Positions 1-8,380 of a DNA stretch of 20,000 nucleotides are shown here, one piece after another (the stretch's first letter is position 1; each line of letters begins with the position of its first letter). A program made the translations under genes and the position numbers. Source of the DNA: an uncultured virus (IMG/VR IMGVR_UViG_3300032323_000817) (taxonomy: Duplodnaviria > Heunggongvirae > Uroviricota > Caudoviricetes); IMG/VR virus record IMGVR_UViG_3300032323_000817. One strand, given 5' to 3'. The notes beneath the pieces were generated by a model that did not search any database, had not been told where the DNA came from, and saw only the letters and a program-made list of their open reading frames with translations.

Positions 1-2
1 GA

Positions 3-200
3 TCATTTGAATCTATTGTAATTAACGAAGATGCTGTTATCTCTGTATTAGAGTACTTGGACGAAGCGGGAGTCAATAAAGTAACTGCATTAGGATTAAA
101 TGCATTCACAGTTACTAAGGGTATGTTGCTTACCCCTCCTTACGGAAAACTTTTCGGAAAGGTTACTTTAGCTTCAGGTACTATTATAGTATACATTTAA
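3..200 (+). CDS. Partial CDS (5' end outside window), small probable virion-associated protein
   Basis: Open frame from position 3 (SFESIVINEDAVISVLEYLDEAGVNKVTALGLNAFTVTKGMLLTPPYGKLFGKVTLASGTIIVYI) to TAA at 198-200, 11 nt before the next ATG. Not in the ORF track; function inferred from context only. Confidence 0.75.
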   Translation, partial: SFESIVINEDAVISVLEYLDEAGVNKVTALGLNAFTVTKGMLLTPPYGKLFGKVTLASGTIIVYI

Positions 201-211
201 TTTAACTCTCT

Positions 212-1537
212 ATGTGGGATTTAAAAATTGATACTAGACGCCTAGTTGAAGGTTTCTCTACGTCTGTTCCTTGGGATAGACCAAATGTTCTATGGAACAA
301 AGCAGATGATTGGTGGAATGATAACTACGTTACTGACTCTAATACAGCAGCTTTTCTAAGTGCTACAGGTATCATTGATCCCAACAAACAAAACTATATA
401 AACAACCTTGTAATAGCTCTTAAGAATCAAGGGATATGGAACAAGGCAAAAGCAATCTATCCGTTTGTAAGCGAACAGAGAAACTTGCTTAATAACACAG
501 ACACCTTCTCAGGATGGTTATTAGAAGGAGGAACTCTAACAGGAGGCTTTACAGATCCTTTGGGAGGAACAACTGCTTATAAGTATCTAAGAGATGCTCT
601 AGGTCCAGGATTATGGGCGAATCAAAGCTTTACAGAAGCTTCAACAACTTACACTCAGTCTATCTGGGTTAAGTCTGTTTCGGGAGCAAACGTAACTTTT
701 ACATTAGGTAATGGCAGTGGTCCTACAGGTCAAGTGAATTTGACAGCTACAGGAACCTGGCAGAGAGTGTCTAACACAAATACCTTTAGCGCAGGCGCTT
801 CGTTTTATTTGTATAACATATCCGATACTACTAATGGTATATACATTTGGCATCCCCAAGTAGAGTTAGGAAACCTAACAGACTATCAAGTAACTATTAA
901 TGCACAAGAACAATTTGCAGCAGCTTATAAGTATAACTTAAAAGATCCTCAAGATACTGACGCAGCATTTAGACTTAAGATATTTGGAACATGGACATTC
1001 ACTCCTACAGGAGCTAAGCCTAATGGTACAAATGCTTATATGGATACTGCATTAACTCCAAGTGTTTCATTATCAGCTAACAATATACATTTATCTTATT
1101 ATTCAAGAACAGATTCGGCATATGGAACTTCCACATCTATGGGAGCAGATAGTTTTCCAAATGAATATTGTAGATTAATCATAAGAAGAATTGCAAATGT
1201 AGCGTATACTTTAATTGGGAATACTACTATAGGGTTATCTCAGTATGTCGTTACAGATTCAAGAGGTTTATTTATAGCAAATGCACCTAATTCATCTACT
1301 AGAAAATTTTATCAAAATAATACACAACTTACACCAACTTCACAAAGTCCATTAGGTACAAATGGACTATCAACAAGAAGTATTTATATTGGGGCTTTAC
1401 ATGATTCAACTGGTGTTGAATATGACAATAAACAGTGCGCCTTCGCCTCTATCGGTGACGGCTTAACTGATGCAGAAGCAGCAGCGCTTTATACTATTGT
1501 ACAGCAATTCCAAACTTCAATGGCTCGCCAAGTTTAA
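212..1537 (+). CDS. Virion fibre/adhesin-like structural protein with an inserted carbohydrate-binding-like domain
   Basis: 441 aa, T/S/N/G-rich. Trp-rich N-terminus, then AFLSATGI...KAIYPFV, an internal RNLL...YTQSIWVKS...IYIWHPQVELG jelly-roll-like segment, and a LamG/lectin-like C-terminal part. Lies directly upstream of tail fibres. Confidence 0.6.
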   Translation: MWDLKIDTRRLVEGFSTSVPWDRPNVLWNKADDWWNDNYVTDSNTAAFLSATGIIDPNKQNYINNLVIALKNQGIWNKAKAIYPFVSEQRNLLNNTDTFSGWLLEGGTLTGGFTDPLGGTTAYKYLRDALGPGLWANQSFTEASTTYTQSIWVKSVSGANVTFTLGNGSGPTGQVNLTATGTWQRVSNTNTFSAGASFYLYNISDTTNGIYIWHPQVELGNLTDYQVTINAQEQFAAAYKYNLKDPQDTDAAFRLKIFGTWTFTPTGAKPNGTNAYMDTALTPSVSLSANNIHLSYYSRTDSAYGTSTSMGADSFPNEYCRLIIRRIANVAYTLIGNTTIGLSQYVVTDSRGLFIANAPNSSTRKFYQNNTQLTPTSQSPLGTNGLSTRSIYIGALHDSTGVEYDNKQCAFASIGDGLTDAEAAALYTIVQQFQTSMARQV

Positions 1538-1554
1538 TTTAAAATAAAATAATC

Positions 1555-1803
1555 ATGTCAGATATAACCTTAAACGTAATTCCTTTTGATTCTGCTTTCT
1601 TTCTAACAGAAGAAGAAGCAAATAGTTTAAAAGGAAAAGAATACAGACCTAACTGTTACTTTAATCCTGTTCAAGACAGTGAGGACAGGTGGTGTATCTT
1701 CTATCAGGAATCACAAGATTGCTTAAGCGAAGAATTCGCTTGGGTAAAAGATCTCCCTTACGGAGAGTTCATAGCTAAACCTACCCCTAATCCCTTTATC
1801 TAA
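1555..1803 (+). CDS. Small acidic phage protein, possible fibre assembly chaperone
   Basis: 82 aa with YFNPVQD...W...WVKDLP motif; A-rich start region; sits between fibre genes. Function is inference from position. Confidence 0.6.
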   Translation: MSDITLNVIPFDSAFFLTEEEANSLKGKEYRPNCYFNPVQDSEDRWCIFYQESQDCLSEEFAWVKDLPYGEFIAKPTPNPFI

Positions 1804-1809
1804 AACACA

Positions 1810-4176
1810 ATGGCAACACTCTTTAATACTAAGATAAAAGACACCTACCAATCTTTGCTTAAGTTGGAGGACAACACTATCTTAACTACAACCTCTAAGA
1901 ACATAACAGACGGATTAGGTAATGCATCTCCCTTGTATATGAGCACTACCCAAGTAAGAATAGGTAGTACATCTGCTAGTGCTCTTTATTGGGACAACGT
2001 AAATAACAGATTAGGCATAGGAACAAGTTCTCCTACTGCTCCTTTAGAGGTCAGGGGTACAACAAACAACAGTATAGTTTTAAGAGTAGGCGGCTTAAAT
2101 AGTGGTAGAGACTTTACCTTTAACCCTTACTATGCTACAAACGTTTATGGTGGATTATTTAGTAATGACTCTGGAAACATTACCTTAGGTGCTAGTTTAG
2201 GTACAGATAATGGAAGTGGTATTGGAATTATATTAGGAGCGCCATCGGGAACACGTACTGCGTTATTGCAATTAAAAGGCACTGGATCAACATCCGCCAC
2301 TGCATCCCTCTTGGTGCAGAATAGTTCTGCTAATACATTACTTCAGGTTAGGGATGACGGACTTATAGTTCTTCCAGGAAATACAGGTTTAAATTTTTCA
2401 GGAGCAAACGCTCAAATATTTAACGATGGAGGTAGCGGAGGAACCATTACTTTTGCTATGGGTGGTAGTACTTATTTCAGAGTTTATCAACCAAAAAATG
2501 CAGGTTCAGGAATTACATCAGGAGAAATAAATACAATTACAACACCTATTGATTATGGATGGAGTTCAGGTAGTGCTTCTCCTAACTTATTATCTTTAAA
2601 CCCTTCAATCAATAATACAGGTGCTTATTCAGGGGGAACCTTTAGAGGTATCTACTATAACCCCACAATTTATAGCTTAGTAGGAACTACTCATATTGCT
2701 ATTCAAACAGTAACAGGCAATGTAATACTAGGTTCTACAAGTGGTAATCTTTTATTAGGAACTACTACAGACAATGGATTTAAAGTAAACGTAAACGGAT
2801 CAGTTAACATTGCTGGAGGTAGTGTATTAAACTTTGCGAACTCATCTACTCAGTGTTGGATAACTACAGCAGGAGGGGGAACTGGGCTTGGTACAAGATC
2901 TTTAAACTTACCAGGAACAGGTGGTCAATCACATTGGATATTTTATAACACAGCAGCCTTTGGTATACAAGTAACAGATGCTAGTGGAGATAGTCTTTAT
3001 TTTTCCCCCGGTCAAAGTTCATCAAATTTTGCTATAATGAGTCTATTCAAATCAGCTGCTTCTAATCGTGGAGGTGGGGGATTTATTTTTAGAGATAATA
3101 CATCAGGTAGTAGAACATTTAGTTTTGGAAACCCTGCATCTGAGTTTGGCGATGAAACAGGAGTACACACTAAAATTCAAGCAGGTGCTGGAGGAACAGC
3201 AGGAGGAGGTACTTATGGAAATGGTGGTCACATCTACTTAGAAGGAGGAGCTGCAGCTTTTGGTTCTAATAGTCCTGGTAATATTTTAATATCAACTAAC
3301 ATAACAGGGTCAAAGGTAGGCATAGGCGAAGCCTCTCCTAGTGCTAAACTTCAAGTAAAGGGTAATGGAAGCACAAGTGCTACAAGTTCCTTACTAGTAC
3401 AGAATAGTTCTGGGACGGAATTATTGAAAGTTACTGATGATGGATTGGTTACGGGTGCTGCCATAACTGCAACAAATAATCTTCGTGGTGCAAATGGCAG
3501 ATTAAATATTTATAGTAGTGGTAATCAATTAATAATTACTAATCCTTATGTTGGTAATTATTTTTATATTGGACCAGATAACGTTTGTGGAGTTGATAAT
3601 GCTTTTAGAGTACCCAATTTAAATGCTGGTAATTTATCTATTACTGCAAATTCTTATCCTAATGGTTCTAATATGACTTTGGGAACTTTTACTTCAAATA
3701 ATACAGGTATAAATACAGGGTTAATTATATCAAGTAATTATGTTCAAGGAGGCGCAGGTGGACCTAATTATGGTAAACAAGTTAAATTTTACGATAATCT
3801 AACAAACAATAATGTTCAATGTGATTTGACTTTTCTTTATGTTAATCCAACTATTAATTATACTGCAACTGCAAATGGACAAATTGTAGGTTTTGATTTT
3901 AATCCTGTTGTAACTGCTGTAACAGCAAATACAAAAGTTCGTGCATTCCAATCTTCTGTTGGTGGGGTCTATATTAATACTACTACCTATCAAGCAAGTG
4001 CTATCCTCCAAGCCGATTCCACAACGCAAGGAATGTTACCACCTCGTATGACAGATGCTCAAATCAGAGCAATCGCTTCTCCAGTTAACGGCTTGATAGC
4101 GTACAACACCACTATTGACCACCTTTGTGTTTATCAAGGAGGTGCGTGGGTTAAAATTAATCATTCACCAATGTAA
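1810..4176 (+). CDS. Tail fibre / receptor-binding protein A
   Basis: 788 aa, G/S/T/N-rich. YWDNVNNRLGIGTSSP and VGIGEASPSAKLQV fibre repeats; C-terminal QGMLPPRMT...GLIAYNT...W cap. N-terminus paralogous to the next gene. Confidence 0.8.
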   Translation: MATLFNTKIKDTYQSLLKLEDNTILTTTSKNITDGLGNASPLYMSTTQVRIGSTSASALYWDNVNNRLGIGTSSPTAPLEVRGTTNNSIVLRVGGLNSGRDFTFNPYYATNVYGGLFSNDSGNITLGASLGTDNGSGIGIILGAPSGTRTALLQLKGTGSTSATASLLVQNSSANTLLQVRDDGLIVLPGNTGLNFSGANAQIFNDGGSGGTITFAMGGSTYFRVYQPKNAGSGITSGEINTITTPIDYGWSSGSASPNLLSLNPSINNTGAYSGGTFRGIYYNPTIYSLVGTTHIAIQTVTGNVILGSTSGNLLLGTTTDNGFKVNVNGSVNIAGGSVLNFANSSTQCWITTAGGGTGLGTRSLNLPGTGGQSHWIFYNTAAFGIQVTDASGDSLYFSPGQSSSNFAIMSLFKSAASNRGGGGFIFRDNTSGSRTFSFGNPASEFGDETGVHTKIQAGAGGTAGGGTYGNGGHIYLEGGAAAFGSNSPGNILISTNITGSKVGIGEASPSAKLQVKGNGSTSATSSLLVQNSSGTELLKVTDDGLVTGAAITATNNLRGANGRLNIYSSGNQLIITNPYVGNYFYIGPDNVCGVDNAFRVPNLNAGNLSITANSYPNGSNMTLGTFTSNNTGINTGLIISSNYVQGGAGGPNYGKQVKFYDNLTNNNVQCDLTFLYVNPTINYTATANGQIVGFDFNPVVTAVTANTKVRAFQSSVGGVYINTTTYQASAILQADSTTQGMLPPRMTDAQIRAIASPVNGLIAYNTTIDHLCVYQGGAWVKINHSPM

Positions 4177-4190
4177 ATTAAACAAGCAAA

Positions 4191-6629
4191 ATGGCAACCT
4201 TATTTAATACAAAAATAAAAGATACCTACCAGTCACTCTTAAAACTGGAAGACAATACTATCCTAACCACTACTACTAAAAACGTAACAGATGGCTTAGG
4301 CAATGCTTCTCCTCTATACATGAGTACTACTAGAGTAGGTATAGGTACTAATGCTCCTATAAGTACACTAAATGTTTTAGGTCTATCTACATTTATTGGT
4401 GCATCAGGTAATATATTAGGATCTACTACAGCCAATGCCGCTGCTCAATTCTATCAAAGTGGATTCAATGGGGTTTTGGCAATAGGTGGCTATTCTAATG
4501 GTGGAGGAGAAATACAATCTTATCAAGGCGGTGGAGCAAATGCGGCCGGTAGTATGTTCTTACAAAGACAAGCTGGTAATGTATTAATTGGAAGCGCAAG
4601 TGATACCGCTAAACTTTCTGTCAAAGGAAGTGGATCTACCTCTGCTACTACTTCACTACTTGTTCAGAATAGTGGGGGTAATGCAGCTTTAACTGTTAGA
4701 GATGATTTATATGTATTTGGAGGAAGCAGAGTCTATAGTACAGGTAATATGTACATGGATGGAAACAGTGGTACATTGTTTTCTGCTTGGGGTCAATTAA
4801 ATTTACAAGGAGCAAGTTATGTTCAGATAATGAACGATACTCTGAGGGTAGGAAGTCAAAATTTTAATTTTATCAATACTTCTTTCTCCCCTAACAATAG
4901 TACAAACTCTAACTTAATATTAAGTGGTAATGGATCTTCATTTACAAACGCTGGCGCAGGAAGTACAAGTGTAGGTAACGTATTGTCAATTCCTATTGGT
5001 CTATCTACTTCTACAGGTAATGTTACTTTGAACCATATTAATATCGACGGAGTAATAAACACCACAGCTGGTACAACATTACAACGTGGATTCTATTATA
5101 ACCCTACGTTAACAGGTACTGTTGGTTTTACTCATCGTGCGATTGAAACAGTAACTGGTAACGTTCTATTAGGAACAACTAGTGGAAACGTAGGTATTGG
5201 AACTAGTAACCCTACTAATAAACTTGAGGTAGTAGGTACTGGTAGAATTTCTTCTACCTTGAATGTAGGAGGTGATGGTTCTACAAGCACAAGTTTTTCT
5301 TCAGGCTTTATAGCTTATGATACAGGAAATGCTTATGGACATTCTCTTGTTCATGCTCAGTCTGCGCAACTTTACTTATTTGCTAATCCTCAAGGATTTG
5401 CTGCAGGAGGATATGAACCTAGTTCAGGTGGTCTGTCTTCAGGTAACTTAGCCTTTATGACTGCAAGTACTACAAGATTAAAAATACTTAACAACGGAAA
5501 CGTATTAATAGGAACTACAACAGATAGCGGTTACAAATTAGATATTAACGGTAATGTTAGAATCCAAAACACTTTAAACTTTAATTCTAATTTTGAGATC
5601 TCTTCTTCGGGTGTTGTATGTGGTATCTCCAGAGCTCCTGGAAATGGTCCTGGTATGGTATTTACCGATAACATGCAACAAGGACAAATTAGTTTTAAGT
5701 TTGCTTCACCATACAGCTCCCCAGGTACAAAAGGATTCTTAAGTGCTTCTGGAAGATCTGTTTTTAATATTAATATAGGATTAGGTAATCCTAATACAAG
5801 CAACTTAGACGCAAGTGTTTTGCTTTTAGACGGAGCACACAATGTTACGTTTGGAACAGGAACAACAATTAGAGGTATTTATTACAATCCTACTATAACT
5901 TCCTTAACGGGTGTAGTTGCACATAGAGCTATTGAAACTACTAGTGGAGACGTAGTATTTAATGGAGGTAACGTAGGAGTAGGAGAAGCTTCACCTACAG
6001 CTAGATTACAAGTAAAAGGAAGTGGTAGTACTAGTGCTACCACCTCGTTGAGGATTCAGAATGCTGGAGGTGTTGATGTATTAAAAGTTACAGACGATAT
6101 GTATGTAACGATTCAAAACACAAATAGTACTGAGTGCTTTCAGTTGTTGGGGTTTAATAGTGATGCTTCCATTAAATTTACTCCAAGTGGGGGTAATTCA
6201 AGAATTGTTTTGAAATCTCAATCTTCGAGTTTAATACTTGGTACAGTAGCAAACGATTGGGCAGATGTATTAACTACAAGTGGTGCTCAAACTTTAAGGA
6301 TTGGAACTTTAACGCCTGCAGGGGGTGGTGTGAATTATTATGCTTCTCAAAATGGTGCAGCAGGTTATCATAAATGGTTTTTGAATGGCGTTCAAAACGC
6401 TCAATTAACGGGAGCACAATTTGTTTTAGATGATAGTGGTACTGTAACACCCAATGCTTCTTCTATTCTACAAGCCAATTCAACCAGCAAAGGTTTCCTG
6501 CCTCCACGAATGACTAATGCTCAACGTGCTGCAATTACATCACCTGCTATTGGTCTTATGGTATACTGTACTGATGCTGTAGAGGGTATTTATGTATACA
6601 AGTCAACTGGTTGGACATTCGTAGCTTAA
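4191..6629 (+). CDS. Tail fibre / receptor-binding protein B (paralogue of A)
   Basis: 812 aa with multiple GNVGIGT/GNVLIGTTTD...KLDING repeats and a C-terminal KGFLPPRMT...GLMVYCTD cap. First 47 aa are 45/47 identical to fibre A. Confidence 0.8.
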   Translation: MATLFNTKIKDTYQSLLKLEDNTILTTTTKNVTDGLGNASPLYMSTTRVGIGTNAPISTLNVLGLSTFIGASGNILGSTTANAAAQFYQSGFNGVLAIGGYSNGGGEIQSYQGGGANAAGSMFLQRQAGNVLIGSASDTAKLSVKGSGSTSATTSLLVQNSGGNAALTVRDDLYVFGGSRVYSTGNMYMDGNSGTLFSAWGQLNLQGASYVQIMNDTLRVGSQNFNFINTSFSPNNSTNSNLILSGNGSSFTNAGAGSTSVGNVLSIPIGLSTSTGNVTLNHINIDGVINTTAGTTLQRGFYYNPTLTGTVGFTHRAIETVTGNVLLGTTSGNVGIGTSNPTNKLEVVGTGRISSTLNVGGDGSTSTSFSSGFIAYDTGNAYGHSLVHAQSAQLYLFANPQGFAAGGYEPSSGGLSSGNLAFMTASTTRLKILNNGNVLIGTTTDSGYKLDINGNVRIQNTLNFNSNFEISSSGVVCGISRAPGNGPGMVFTDNMQQGQISFKFASPYSSPGTKGFLSASGRSVFNINIGLGNPNTSNLDASVLLLDGAHNVTFGTGTTIRGIYYNPTITSLTGVVAHRAIETTSGDVVFNGGNVGVGEASPTARLQVKGSGSTSATTSLRIQNAGGVDVLKVTDDMYVTIQNTNSTECFQLLGFNSDASIKFTPSGGNSRIVLKSQSSSLILGTVANDWADVLTTSGAQTLRIGTLTPAGGGVNYYASQNGAAGYHKWFLNGVQNAQLTGAQFVLDDSGTVTPNASSILQANSTSKGFLPPRMTNAQRAAITSPAIGLMVYCTDAVEGIYVYKSTGWTFVA

Positions 6630-6640
6630 GGATTATTGAC

Positions 6641-6670
6641 TTGATTTAAATTTAAAATAAACTATTTTTG
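6641..6670 (+). promoter_or_regulatory. Bacteroidota sigma-A type promoter upstream of the holin
   Basis: TTG (6641-6643), 19-nt spacer, TATTTTTG (6663-6670): matches the TTG-N19-TAnnTTTG Bacteroides/Flavobacterium consensus. Lies in the gap between fibre B and the holin. Confidence 0.7.
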
Positions 6671-6680
6671 TAAACATACC

Positions 6681-7121
6681 GTGAAAACTTCCTTCCTACT
6701 TTACTCTACGACAACTATCCTAGCTTTCTTAGGAACTTACTTCCTTAAGTTAGGAGCAGATAACATAGAACAGTACTTAGCGGTAGTTGCTGTTATTTTT
6801 ATAGACGGCTTCTTTGGAGTATGGGCAGGAACTAAGAAGATTGGTTTTCAAACTAGAAAAGCAGTTAAGGTACTTCAGACTTTGTTTTCTTGGGTACTTA
6901 TACTTACAGGTGTCTTGATGATTGAGAAGGGGTTTGAAGGCACTTTTTGGCTAAGCGAAACTTTGTGTGCCCCCTTTATTGTTTTTCAGCTGATAAGTGC
7001 GCTTAAGAATGCTCACACAGTAGGAATCATAGAGAACAGTGTACTCTCTCAGATCTTAGAGAAGATAGATCAACACAAATTTAATCACAACGAAAACAAC
7101 AAAGAAAATGAAAAAGACTGA
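6681..7121 (+). CDS. Holin (TcdE/phage holin 4-like)
   Basis: 146 aa, GTG start, several hydrophobic helices. IFIDGFFGVWA...RKAVK...LISALKNA resembles the D..TG...S..EN pattern of this holin family. Highly charged C-terminal tail. Confidence 0.75.
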   Translation: MKTSFLLYSTTTILAFLGTYFLKLGADNIEQYLAVVAVIFIDGFFGVWAGTKKIGFQTRKAVKVLQTLFSWVLILTGVLMIEKGFEGTFWLSETLCAPFIVFQLISALKNAHTVGIIENSVLSQILEKIDQHKFNHNENNKENEKD

Positions 7122-7659
7122 TTTATATCTTAAGCCAGGAACATACATAAAGTCTTCTACTACTACAGGAGAAGTACAAGGTATCTCATTAGAGAACTTT
7201 GTAGTAAGTGTTTTAAACAACCCTACATGTTGCCCTAAATTATTTCCAGCAACGGGAGTCCCTACAACTTTTAATCCTTTATTTACAGATGCTTCTGGTA
7301 CATTAGCTGGTGTAACTGCAACAGGATCATATACAATGATCTCACCTAAAATCTGTTTTTTTAGAGTGCATGTAAATTTCTCTGGTTGTACTAACTTTGG
7401 TACATTAGGTTATCAAATTACATTACCTTTTCCGTCTATAGAAACAATGAGGCAGGCTAACGGTACATTACACCAACCTGCACTTTCTGCACAATATCAT
7501 ATTGCTGGTATAACAGATATAGATACAGCTAATGCTTCTATACTTACATTATACTACTCAGGAAGCACAACAGACTTAGCTTGGAAATTCAATACACCTG
7601 TGGGTGGAACCACGGTAACTAGTCACTTTGATATATCAGGTGTATACGAAATTGTATAA
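7108..7659 (+). CDS. Short fibre-tip/receptor-binding-like beta protein
   Basis: 183 aa, overlaps the holin end by 14 nt. TTFNP...ATGSY...CFFRVHVNF...ITLPF...ISGVYEI resembles C-terminal head domains of phage fibres. Confidence 0.55.
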   Translation: MKKTDLYLKPGTYIKSSTTTGEVQGISLENFVVSVLNNPTCCPKLFPATGVPTTFNPLFTDASGTLAGVTATGSYTMISPKICFFRVHVNFSGCTNFGTLGYQITLPFPSIETMRQANGTLHQPALSAQYHIAGITDIDTANASILTLYYSGSTTDLAWKFNTPVGGTTVTSHFDISGVYEIV

Positions 7660-7700
7660 TAAAACTGGTAAGGATAAAATAAAATAAAAAATATATAATT

Positions 7701-8027
7701 ATGACAACTTACAATTGGAAAATCACTAACCTTTATACTAAGACTGTAGAAGGTTTGGAAGACTACGTAGTAACTGCTATGTTTGAAGTAGAAGGCGTAG
7801 ATGGAGAATTCTCTTGCATCGTTAACGGAAGTCAAGTGTTTACCGTAAAAGAAGGAGCTGAGTTTATTCCTTACGCTAACTTGACTGAAGCAATCGTAGT
7901 AGAGTGGATTAAAGAAGAGTTGGGTGAAGAAGGTCTTGCTCCCATATATTCTCATATCGAAGAGAACATTGAAAACCAAAAGAGTCCTGCAGTAGAACCT
8001 GTAATTACTCCTTTGCCTTGGGCTTAA
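7701..8027 (+). CDS. Conserved small acidic phage protein, probable tail-fibre-associated/assembly protein
   Basis: 108 aa; MTTYNWKI...FIPYANLTEAIVVEWIK...PLPW is a pattern I recognise from small proteins encoded next to fibre genes. Very A-rich start region. Confidence 0.65.
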   Translation: MTTYNWKITNLYTKTVEGLEDYVVTAMFEVEGVDGEFSCIVNGSQVFTVKEGAEFIPYANLTEAIVVEWIKEELGEEGLAPIYSHIEENIENQKSPAVEPVITPLPWA

Positions 8028-8034
8028 ACTAATT

Positions 8035-8059
8035 AAGGGGGTTAATAGCCCCCTTTTTT
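8035..8059 (+). terminator. Rho-independent terminator
   Basis: GGGGGTT-AAT-AGCCCCC stem-loop (8037-8053, one G-U pair) followed by TTTTTT, just after the 8027 stop. Confidence 0.85.
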
Positions 8060-8062
8060 CTT

Positions 8063-8380
8063 ATGAAAAACCTATCCATCAAACTTAACTTTATCTTCTT
8101 CTTTACTATCGTCTACCTTTTATATAGGTATGAGTACGTACAAGAACAAGACACCAATCAAGTAATCTCTTTTATAGATTCTATTGATAAAGCAAACGAT
8201 ACTTACTTTGAAAAGATAGACTCCTTAGAGCATATCAAACACGAAGAGTATAGAACTTACGAAAAAATCACCCTAAAGTATGACACCATTCAAATCGCTA
8301 TTGACACTATGCCTGATATTGACGGCACAAAGTATCTACTCACAATCTCTAGACAGCTTACCGCTAAAGGAATTGAATAA
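8063..8380 (+). CDS. Membrane-anchored protein, i-spanin-like
   Basis: 105 aa; N-terminal hydrophobic anchor (LNFIFFFTIVYLLY) then a helical acidic region. 3' end overlaps the next gene by 101 nt in another frame. Confidence 0.55.
   Translation: MKNLSIKLNFIFFFTIVYLLYRYEYVQEQDTNQVISFIDSIDKANDTYFEKIDSLEHIKHEEYRTYEKITLKYDTIQIAIDTMPDIDGTKYLLTISRQLTAKGIE

Noticed and set aside
3799..5842. Minus-strand ORFs 3799-4029, 4226-4435, 4856-5065 and 5531-5842
   Set aside because: Short antisense shadows inside the tail fibre genes with no recognisable motifs.
1810..6629. Diversity-generating retroelement or invertible shufflon acting on the fibres
   Set aside because: Repeat copies differ at all base types, mostly third positions, rather than only at adenines. 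All copies are in direct orientation, and no reverse transcriptase or recombinase is in the window.
7623..7979. 118-aa minus-strand ORF
   Set aside because: Antisense to a recognisable + strand gene and spans an A-rich intergenic region; composition looks like a shadow frame.
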